A stretch of DNA of 64,000 nucleotides from Nitrospirota bacterium (GTDB lineage: Bacteria; Nitrospirota; UBA9217), in the NCBI GenBank assembly GCA_963790205.1, contig CAWBNQ010000003.1, positions 256,001 through 320,000 of the forward strand, read 5' to 3'. Of this stretch, positions 50,174 to 58,280 are shown in pieces. Numbering within the stretch: position 1 is the stretch's first letter; each line of letters opens with the position of its first letter. The position numbers and the translations under genes are program-made. The notes under the pieces were generated by a model. The model searched no databases. It was given only the letters and a program-made list of their open reading frames with translations, and was not told where the DNA came from.

Positions 50174-53100
50174 ATGTATGTAAAAAAGAACTTTATGTTG
50201 TGGCTAGCCGTGCTTGCCCTGGCCCTTCCGCTTTTCGTTGCGGGCACCGCCAGCGCAAAGTACATGCAAGACGGCGCCGTGCAGAGCGCCTCATCCGGCG
50301 GCTGGGTCACGCCGTCTGACGGCGTCTGCGTGCTCGGCTTGCATGCCGACGGCACCATGGACGTTGATTTATCGATCACGAACAAAAGGGACTGCGACGC
50401 CAGGCTTATTACCGGCCTGACCGGCACCTGTTCCGACCCTGCTTCCTCGGGAGACGGGGCGGCGCATGCCAATGCCGGCTCCAGCACCTGCGTGACCGTG
50501 AATGCCAGCAAGATCATCACGGGCACGATATCCTTGAAGAACCTGGACAGAGACGCCCAGATGTGCACCGGCAAGGGCGGCGTCCTTGCGAACGTCTCCG
50601 CTTCTGTTGACCAGACCCAGTTCATAACGGGTAATGGCTGCGTAGCCTACGGCTGGCAGTACAGGGGACAGGATGCGAGCGGCGCACCCCTGGCCATCGG
50701 CGCAAAAGGCGCGGTCCAGGGCCCGGCCGGCTTCTGCTCGGCTTACATGAGCACGGGCATTGCCGCGGCAAGCTGCCCGTCTCTGAGCGCAAACTCGACG
50801 ACAGCCTTCGGCTACGTCGTACACGGCGCTCTGTGTGACTATCAGTTCGGTATCACGGGCACTGTGGACCAGAACAACAGCAGAGGCTCCTGGTCCAACT
50901 ACAAAAATATCAGCGGTGCGTCAGTTACATCCGGTACGGCGGAAGATCTGAGCACAATCACCACCATGGGCGATTGTCTCGCAGCCGGCTATAACTGGAA
51001 CTCCTGGGTACCCTATGGTACGACCGCAGCGGTCGGCAGTATTACGACCGCAGCGACCTTCGACCTCACCAAGGTGGCTGTGAGCTCTGATGATGGCTGC
51101 CTCCACTGCCACAGCGCGGCCGGCGCCCAGTATAACGGCCCTGCCGAGAGATTCAAGGACAGCTATGTACAGACCGGCCACAAGAACATGCTGAGAGCGG
51201 TCAAGGCAGGCTATCCCTGGGCTGGTCCGACCGGGGCAATCTACACGACCGACGGCACCAACACCATCAACTTCATGACCACCTCCGATCCGTATGGGAA
51301 GATCACGGTGGGCGGCGTGGACCAGAATCTTTATTATGTCTACGGCGACTGGATGGCCGTGCTTCCGAGCGTAGTATACGGCAAAACCGGCTACGGGACC
51401 GCTCCTAACGGGACCACTGCCGACAACAACGGCTACTCCTGCTACCCGTGCCATGCAACGGGCTCGAGCGACAGTTCTGCTGTCACTAATCTTGGCACCA
51501 TCAATGCCACAGGCGTTCCCGGCGTGCAGTCGATCGGCACTCCCGGATATGCCGGTCAGGAACCCGCTGCCACGTTCCCGAACCTTCTCGTCAATGCAAA
51601 TAACCCGAAATGGGACCTGAACGGCATTAATTGTTCACGGTGCCATAACGCAACCGTTCCGTCGGTAACTTCGACGCAGATTGCGGCATCAAATTACCCG
51701 ACAACCGCTCCTACCTCCGGCGGCATGGGCGCGCTTGCTTCAGGCACCGGCAGGACGAACCTCTGCTTCGGCTGCCACCAGAGCATCGACAAAGTCTGGC
51801 CGGCAGGCACGAGCAAAACCACCGATCCCACGTCGATCGCGACCGGCGTAAGCCACGGGGCGGCTTATGGACGTGACTTCAACGGCCACGTTCTCGGCAA
51901 CTCGTTCCTGAACAGCGTGCACGCAGAGTACACCGGCACCATGACGGTGAACTCCCTGGGGAATATGGATCTTTCCGACCCCAACGGGACCTCAGAGTAC
52001 GGAAGCTCCTTCCAGGGCTTCACCTGCTGGCAAGGGACCGCCAGCAACAGCCCGGCGAAGACCAAGGCTGACGGCACTGAAATAAAGACCAAGTCAGACT
52101 GCGAAACACTGTACGGCGCAGGCTCGTGGAGAGCAGACGACGGCACTGTTGCAGACGGAGTGCAGGGCGGATGCAGCACCTGCCACGACGTTCATAACAG
52201 CCTCTTTGTCGCTTCCCAGAAGGAAGCGGCCATGAGAAAGACATGCGATGATTGCCATGTCAACAACGCCACGACCGGCGCGACCATCAGCTCCGCTCCG
52301 ACGGTGTCGGTAATACACCATCCGTCGGGCTCGGGCACGCCTTTCGATTCGACCAAGTTTGACAGTGCGTGCGTGGTTTGCCATATGGCCTCGCAGGCAG
52401 AGGAGAACGGCAATCAGAATTCCATGCCGGTGCATGTCTGGAGGATCAACACCAACGCCTCCTACAACACGTTCCCGACCATGGCCCAGTTCTACGGCGG
52501 GTCCTGCAGCGTGCATACCGGCGCTGTCCAGAATGGTCTCAGCGCGCCGACTGTCTACCTGTCCGACATCTCTTCGGCCAATTGTACGACCACGGGCGTT
52601 GGCGGCACCTGGACCGCTGCGACAAAGACCAGATCAGCTCAAACCGCGCCTGACGGCACTTACACGAACGCGGTCTGGGTCGACCTCGACCTCGCGTGCG
52701 GCCAGTGCCACGGCGGCTCGATCGGCACCACAACATACAACGGAGCGCCGTACATCTCCAAGACGGCGCTTGCCGCGGCTGCAACCGGCATGCACATCGC
52801 CGGCGTAGTGAGCCAGCCGACGGCCAGCACTCCAGTGGTGTCGCATGGCACGGTTACCGTGACCGCCTGGACGGTAAGCTTCGTCGACACGTCAACCTCC
52901 GGGGACGGGACCACGCCCAACGTAAATGTGAACTGGGGTGATGGAAGCTACAACCAGGGAGTTGCCGGCGGTGTCTTCACCCATACGTACGCGAGCACGC
53001 GGGCGAGAAGCTACACCATTAATCATGTAGCCATCAGCTCCGTGAATCCGAGACTGACCTCCACGGCGGATAGGTTCTCGGTCAACGTGCCCCAGCGCTA

Positions 53101-53353
53101 CACGGTATCGGGTATCGTCACGATCAGTGACGGCACCACGCCTATGGCGAACGCATATGTGTTCCTGAAGGCGGGCACCCGCACGGTGCAGTACCATAAG
53201 ACGGACGCGACCGGTACCTTCAGCTTCTCGAAAGTTCTTCCGGGCAACTACGCGGTCCATGTGTACAAGTTCGGGACCACCTTCGGGACCGACGCCACGA
53301 TCAGCGGCCTGAGCTCGGATCAGTCGCTGACCATCAGCTCGATAACACCGTAA
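50174..53353 (+). CDS. Secreted octaheme cytochrome c, paralog 2
   Basis: SD AAGGAG, MYVKKNF start as in paralog 1; 8 CxxCH (CLHCH, CYPCH, CSRCH, CFGCH, CSTCH, CDDCH, CVVCH, CGQCH); same C-terminal domains. Confidence 0.92.
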   Translation: MYVKKNFMLWLAVLALALPLFVAGTASAKYMQDGAVQSASSGGWVTPSDGVCVLGLHADGTMDVDLSITNKRDCDARLITGLTGTCSDPASSGDGAAHANAGSSTCVTVNASKIITGTISLKNLDRDAQMCTGKGGVLANVSASVDQTQFITGNGCVAYGWQYRGQDASGAPLAIGAKGAVQGPAGFCSAYMSTGIAAASCPSLSANSTTAFGYVVHGALCDYQFGITGTVDQNNSRGSWSNYKNISGASVTSGTAEDLSTITTMGDCLAAGYNWNSWVPYGTTAAVGSITTAATFDLTKVAVSSDDGCLHCHSAAGAQYNGPAERFKDSYVQTGHKNMLRAVKAGYPWAGPTGAIYTTDGTNTINFMTTSDPYGKITVGGVDQNLYYVYGDWMAVLPSVVYGKTGYGTAPNGTTADNNGYSCYPCHATGSSDSSAVTNLGTINATGVPGVQSIGTPGYAGQEPAATFPNLLVNANNPKWDLNGINCSRCHNATVPSVTSTQIAASNYPTTAPTSGGMGALASGTGRTNLCFGCHQSIDKVWPAGTSKTTDPTSIATGVSHGAAYGRDFNGHVLGNSFLNSVHAEYTGTMTVNSLGNMDLSDPNGTSEYGSSFQGFTCWQGTASNSPAKTKADGTEIKTKSDCETLYGAGSWRADDGTVADGVQGGCSTCHDVHNSLFVASQKEAAMRKTCDDCHVNNATTGATISSAPTVSVIHHPSGSGTPFDSTKFDSACVVCHMASQAEENGNQNSMPVHVWRINTNASYNTFPTMAQFYGGSCSVHTGAVQNGLSAPTVYLSDISSANCTTTGVGGTWTAATKTRSAQTAPDGTYTNAVWVDLDLACGQCHGGSIGTTTYNGAPYISKTALAAAATGMHIAGVVSQPTASTPVVSHGTVTVTAWTVSFVDTSTSGDGTTPNVNVNWGDGSYNQGVAGGVFTHTYASTRARSYTINHVAISSVNPRLTSTADRFSVNVPQRYTVSGIVTISDGTTPMANAYVFLKAGTRTVQYHKTDATGTFSFSKVLPGNYAVHVYKFGTTFGTDATISGLSSDQSLTISSITP

Positions 53354-54245
53354 GAAGCACCATCTTCACCGCATCAAACAGGCAGGCGGGTTTCTCCCGC
53401 CTGCCTGTTCTTTTTTCAACGGACCTCCCCGCGGCTAAAGCGCGGACTTGTGCTTGCGAAGCCCGCGAGGGAAGGATATAATTCAAGGGAACGACGATAG
53501 AAAGAGGAGCTGGAATGAGAAAACGCACACTCGTAACGATCATACTGGTATTTTTGGTCTCGCACCTGGCGCTCGTCTCGTGCAAAAAAACGGAGACCGC
53601 GGGCGTAGCGCCGTCAGCGGAGGAAGCGCACCGGACGGCGATGCTGGAAAAAAGCTTTGCAGAATCGAAAAAAGTGGTTGCCGCCCGGGTCAACGGAGAG
53701 GCCATTACCCTGTTCACCCTTTTTCGGGAGATGAACGCGCTTGCCCCCCGATACCTGGGCGCCGGCGGCCAGAGGACCCCGGAACTCGACAAGAAGATCA
53801 GGAGCGAAGCGCTCGACATAGTAATCTTCGAGGAGCTGGCCGTGGAGGAGGCGAGAAAGCGCGGCATGAAGGCGGCGCCGGAAGCGATAGAGGGCGAGAT
53901 AAGGAAAATAAAAGCGAGCACAGGCTCTCCAGCCGGTTTCCAGGAGTATCTCGACAAGAACGGCCTTACGGAAGGGGAACTCCGCAAGACGCTGGAGCAG
54001 GACGCCCTGTTTGAAATGATCGCCACGCAGGAGATCGACGCGAAGATAACGGTAACCGATGCGGCCCTCAGGGCGCGCTATAAAAAAGAAAAGACCGGAC
54101 TGAAAGACGCCGCCCACCGGCAAATGACGTTTGAGGAGTCGAAAGGAATGCTTGAGCAGAAGGTCAGGGCCGAGGCGGCGGAAAAGAGGATGCGGGAGTG
54201 GGAAAAGGAACTGAGAAAAAACGCCCGCATCGAGCTCGTCGGGCA
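53156..54245 (+). repeat. ~1.09-kb direct repeat copy B
   Basis: Matches 45371-46460. Confidence 0.9.
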
Positions 54246-54264
54246 GGACCGCGGGCAGGGGTGA
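53515..54264 (+). CDS. SurA N-terminal-domain chaperone lipoprotein, copy 2
   Basis: Identical to 45730-46473 except the last few residues. Confidence 0.85.
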   Translation: MRKRTLVTIILVFLVSHLALVSCKKTETAGVAPSAEEAHRTAMLEKSFAESKKVVAARVNGEAITLFTLFREMNALAPRYLGAGGQRTPELDKKIRSEALDIVIFEELAVEEARKRGMKAAPEAIEGEIRKIKASTGSPAGFQEYLDKNGLTEGELRKTLEQDALFEMIATQEIDAKITVTDAALRARYKKEKTGLKDAAHRQMTFEESKGMLEQKVRAEAAEKRMREWEKELRKNARIELVGQDRGQG

Positions 54265-54340
54265 GGAACGTTTCCTCGAAAAGCACTCCTGAGGTTTTCC
54301 CCGCCACGACGGGCGCGAAGGACATGAAGGAATTCAAAAA

Positions 54341-55141
54341 ATGAGTATTCAGCGCGCAAAAATCCCCTCCCATGCCCGGCGGTGTTTAGCGGCGATGATC
54401 GCGGCGGCTTTGTGCATCTTCACTATCGGCCTTGGTTCTTCCTGGGCCGGGCCGCCCTTCCGGACCGACGACCCGGAGCCGGTTGATCATAACCACGGGG
54501 AATTTTACGCGGCCACGCAGTATGAAAAAGACCGCGACGTTACGGCGGGAACCGCCCCTCACTTCGAGTTCAACTACGGAGTCCTGCCCGAGTTGATGTT
54601 TCACGTCATTACTCCCTTTGCATACGCCAAGCCGGAAGGAGAATCCAGACACTACGGCTACGGGGACACGGAGGTCGGGATCAAGTACCGGTTCCTGAAT
54701 AATGAGGGTTCTCATTTTATGGCCGGGACCTTTCCACTGGTGGAACTGTCCACCGGCAACAGTGATAAGGGGTTGGGTGCGGGACATACGATGTATTTTC
54801 TGCCGCTCTGGCTCCAGAAGGGGTGGGGGCCGTGGACAACCTACGGCGGCGGCGGCTTCTGGCGTAATCCGGGAGCCGGCAACAAAGACTACCGGTTTTT
54901 CGGCTGGGAAGTGCAGCGTGAAATGTCCAAGGCAGCGACACTAGGCGTGGAAGTGTTTTACAATACGAAAACCACGGAAGAGGGAACATCCCGGACCGGG
55001 TTCAATGCAGGCGCGATATTCAATTTAAGCGATGACCACCATCTGCTCTTTTCCGTTGGGCGCGACATCCATGGCGACAACCGGCTCTCGGCTTACCTCG
55101 CGTACCAGTACACCTTCGGCCCCCCGGAAGAGAAAAAGTAA
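54341..55141 (+). CDS. Putative outer-membrane beta-barrel ('transporter'-like) protein
   Basis: Signal peptide, GPPFRTDDPEP N-terminus, GYGDTEVGIKYRF, amphipathic strands ending YLAYQYTF. Confidence 0.65.
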   Translation: MSIQRAKIPSHARRCLAAMIAAALCIFTIGLGSSWAGPPFRTDDPEPVDHNHGEFYAATQYEKDRDVTAGTAPHFEFNYGVLPELMFHVITPFAYAKPEGESRHYGYGDTEVGIKYRFLNNEGSHFMAGTFPLVELSTGNSDKGLGAGHTMYFLPLWLQKGWGPWTTYGGGGFWRNPGAGNKDYRFFGWEVQREMSKAATLGVEVFYNTKTTEEGTSRTGFNAGAIFNLSDDHHLLFSVGRDIHGDNRLSAYLAYQYTFGPPEEKK

Positions 55142-55244
55142 AATCAGGACAGGACAACACGTCAGCGCAGGGATTTGAAGCATACGCCCCCCTGTTTACC
55201 TTTTCCGGGCAAATGAAAGGTAAAAAGGCGCAATAATGCCAGGT

Positions 55245-55282
55245 TGGGGTAAATGCCCCTCTGTACTGGGGCAAATGCCCCT
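55245..55282. promoter_or_regulatory. Tandem quasi-palindromic enhancer-binding-protein sites
   Basis: TGGGGTAAATGCCCCT and TGGGGCAAATGCCCCT, 22 bp apart, about 150-180 bp upstream of a sigma54 promoter. Confidence 0.6.
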
Positions 55283-55425
55283 TTGCCCGCCTTTCATTAA
55301 TATTCATAATGTATCTATAATTTAAGCTAATTTAATTGAAAGAAAATAAATTTATTATTTCATATTATTTCAGCAGGTTATTATGAGACGCTGATTTTTT
55401 AAATTTACGCATCCCGGCGCAGTCA

Positions 55426-55441
55426 TGGCATATTAATTGCA
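55426..55441 (+). promoter_or_regulatory. Sigma54 promoter of octaheme cytochrome 3
   Basis: TGGCATATTAATTGCA in an AT-rich region. Confidence 0.75.
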
Positions 55442-55517
55442 TTTTTAATTAAGACTATAATAAATAAAACTGCAGTCTGCCACATTTCACAATCTAAAAT
55501 TCAACGATGAGGTGCGC

Positions 55518-57986
55518 ATGAAAAATAAATTATTTCTGTATGTGGCAGTCCTTGTTGTTTTTACCTTCTCACTCATGTATTCCATGGATGCCGAGGCGGT
55601 GAAGGGACAGAGATACTTCGGGGATGGAGCAACGCCCGGTCCGGCCGGAGGATGGTCGTATACCAGCGCCGTTGACACCAACTGTTTTGTTTGTCACCAA
55701 CTGAACGGCACCGTTCCCGCGCCCGATAAAACAAGCTACCTGATGACAGGCCACAAGAATGTTTTGAGGAAAGCCACGCTTTTTTCCTTTTGGAACGGGC
55801 CTGACGGGCTGCCCTATGATACGGACTCGACAGGTCGCGCCATTGTCTGGAACACACTGGGACCGATATCGCTCGGCACCTCTACCACTCATCCTCCTTT
55901 GCTTGACGGTTCATGCTCGTTATCGGGGTATCCGAATCAATCCGCCTGTACATCCGCCGGAGGCACATGGACATCCTACAATGGCGGTCTCGGCAACTCG
56001 CTCTTTTACATTTATGACGGTTGGATAAATACAACAGCGGGAGCGGGGGCATACAATGACCCGACTACAAGCGTCGCCGCGCCCGGCTCTGTTTTCAATG
56101 GCGGCTCGTACTCCTGCGCGCGCTGCCATACGACCGGCATGACCCTCGACACCTCGGTCACGACGACGCGTTCTCCTGAAAAAACCTACCCAGGCATCAA
56201 CACGTATGTGAACTTCGACCCTGACGGCAACGGGCCGGCCACAACGGTCTCCTGGGCAACCGGTTTCACCACCGGTCAGGCCATGGACGGCGTTCAGTGC
56301 GAACGCTGCCATGACGCGACGCATCATTTTACCACCGGACCAACGGTTCCCACAGGGGCGGCCGCCACCGCGTTATGCGTTCAATGCCACAGACAGGAGC
56401 ATATGGTGACCTATACCAGCGGCGGAATAGGCGCGAATATTCATCCCACGCCGTTCTCCGATAACACCGTCACTCTTCCGGTTTCCGAACCGGCGTATCC
56501 GCTTCCCGCGATCGAGGTCGGCCGGCCCGACGGCAACTACGCGCCGGAATTTTTCGGATACTCGACCGGCATGGAGTTCCTGAACAGCGTTCATGGCCAG
56601 TATACGGGAAATTTTCAACAGATAAATAATCCGGCAAACTACAACAGCAGTTTTTCGTATGGGTCCTGCGATTTGGACGGATTTTCGGTATACGCTGATC
56701 AGCCCAGTTGTGAAGCAGCGGTAGGCTCGTGGACCGACGCCAGAGGGTGCATATTTAACCAGACGAATTGTACGAATGCCGGCGGCAACTGGACCGCATT
56801 GCAGGGCGGATGCACCGCCTGCCACGATGTTCACAACAGCCTCTTTGTGGCTTCCCAGAAAGCAGCGGCAATAAGAACGACATGCCAGGATTGCCATGTC
56901 AACAACGCCACGACCGAGGCGACCATCAGCACCGTTCCGACGGTTACGGTCGTTAACCATCCGAAGGACGCGGGCACGCCGTTCGATACTACCAGGTATG
57001 ACAATGCGTGCGTGGTCTGCCATATGGCCTCGCAGGCAGTGAAGAACGGCGATCGGGTTTCCATGCCGGCGCATGTCTGGAGGATCAACACGAATGCGAA
57101 TTACAACACGTTCCCGACCATGGCCCAGTTCTACGGCGGGTCCTGCAGCGTGCATACCGGCGCGGTCCAGAATGCTCCCAGCACGCCGGTCGTCTACCTG
57201 TCCGACACCTCTTCGGCCAATTGTACGGCCGCTTCCGGCGCATGGACCGCTGCGATAAAGACCGGAACCGCTCAAACCGCGCCTGACGGTTCTTACTCGA
57301 ACGCGGTCTGGGTCGACCTCGACCTCGCGTGCGGCCAGTGCCACGGCGGCTCGATCAGCACCGCAACGCACAACAACGCGCCGTATTTCACCAAGGCGGG
57401 GCTTGCCTCGGCTGCGGCCGTCATGCACTCAACCACCCCGCTGAGCCAGCCGACGGCCAGCACTCCAGTAGTGTCAAAAGGCACGGTTACCGTGACCGCC
57501 TGGACGGTAAGCTTCGCCGACGCGTCAACCTCCGGGGACGGGACCACGCCCAACGTAAATGTGAACTGGGGTGACGGAAACTATGACCTCGGAGTTGCCG
57601 GCGGCACCTTCACCCATACGTACGCGAGCACGCGGGCGAGAAGCTACACCATTAATCATGTGGCCATCAGCTCCGTGAATCCGAGACTGACCTCCACGGC
57701 AGATAGGTTCTCGGTCAACGTGCCCCAGCGCTACACGATATCGGGCATCGTCACGACCAGCACGGGCACCACGCCTATGGCGAACGCGTATGTGTTCCTG
57801 AAGGCGGGCACCCGCACGGTGCAGTACAAGAAGACGGTCTCGAACGGTCTCTTTACCTTCCCGAGCGTTCTTCCGGGCGACTACACGGTCCATGTGTACA
57901 AGTTCGGGACCACCTTCGGCGCCGACGCCGTTATCAGCGGCCTGAGCTCGGATCAGTCGCTGACCATCAGCTCGATAACACCGTAA
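55518..57986 (+). CDS. Secreted octaheme cytochrome c, paralog 3 (short N-terminus; alternative start 55512)
   Basis: Signal peptide; 8 CxxCH (CFVCH, CARCH, CERCH, CVQCH, CTACH, CQDCH, CVVCH, CGQCH); C-terminal third nearly identical to paralogs 1 and 2. Confidence 0.92.
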   Translation: MKNKLFLYVAVLVVFTFSLMYSMDAEAVKGQRYFGDGATPGPAGGWSYTSAVDTNCFVCHQLNGTVPAPDKTSYLMTGHKNVLRKATLFSFWNGPDGLPYDTDSTGRAIVWNTLGPISLGTSTTHPPLLDGSCSLSGYPNQSACTSAGGTWTSYNGGLGNSLFYIYDGWINTTAGAGAYNDPTTSVAAPGSVFNGGSYSCARCHTTGMTLDTSVTTTRSPEKTYPGINTYVNFDPDGNGPATTVSWATGFTTGQAMDGVQCERCHDATHHFTTGPTVPTGAAATALCVQCHRQEHMVTYTSGGIGANIHPTPFSDNTVTLPVSEPAYPLPAIEVGRPDGNYAPEFFGYSTGMEFLNSVHGQYTGNFQQINNPANYNSSFSYGSCDLDGFSVYADQPSCEAAVGSWTDARGCIFNQTNCTNAGGNWTALQGGCTACHDVHNSLFVASQKAAAIRTTCQDCHVNNATTEATISTVPTVTVVNHPKDAGTPFDTTRYDNACVVCHMASQAVKNGDRVSMPAHVWRINTNANYNTFPTMAQFYGGSCSVHTGAVQNAPSTPVVYLSDTSSANCTAASGAWTAAIKTGTAQTAPDGSYSNAVWVDLDLACGQCHGGSISTATHNNAPYFTKAGLASAAAVMHSTTPLSQPTASTPVVSKGTVTVTAWTVSFADASTSGDGTTPNVNVNWGDGNYDLGVAGGTFTHTYASTRARSYTINHVAISSVNPRLTSTADRFSVNVPQRYTISGIVTTSTGTTPMANAYVFLKAGTRTVQYKKTVSNGLFTFPSVLPGDYTVHVYKFGTTFGADAVISGLSSDQSLTISSITP

Positions 57987-58137
57987 GAAGCGCCATCTTC
58001 ACCGCATCAAGCAGGCAGGCGGGTTTCTCCCGCCTGCCTGTTCTTTTTTCAACGGACCTCCCTGCGGCAGGAGCGCGGACCTAGTGAAGCGCGAAGCTCG
58101 CGAGGGAGGGATATAATCCAGGGCAACGACGATCAGA

Positions 58138-58250
58138 ATGCAAAATGATAGGCGGCGACGCAGTGATCGTTGGAGAAGAAATCAAGGCCGTGGAAAAAGG
58201 ACCTGAGGAAGAATGCCCTCATCGAGTTCGTCGGGCAAAAGCGCGGTTGA
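58138..58250 (+). pseudogene. Deleted remnant of a third SurA-like copy
   Basis: Upstream spacer homologous to 45632-45720; 58191-58250 encodes WKKDLRKNALIEFVGQKRG*, matching the end of copy 1 (WEKELRKNARIELVGQKRG*). Confidence 0.8.
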
Positions 58251-58280
58251 GAAGGCCCCTGGCTGACTGAATCGACGGTA

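Noticed and set aside
42347..57986. Calling the octahemes OmcZ or OmcS
   Set aside because: The heme count matches OmcZ, but motif spacing and linkers do not match OmcZ or hexaheme OmcS as I recall them, and no subtilase gene is adjacent
42347..57986. Diversity-generating retroelement as the source of paralog variation
   Set aside because: No reverse transcriptase in the window, and the differences include indels and all base types rather than adenine-specific changes
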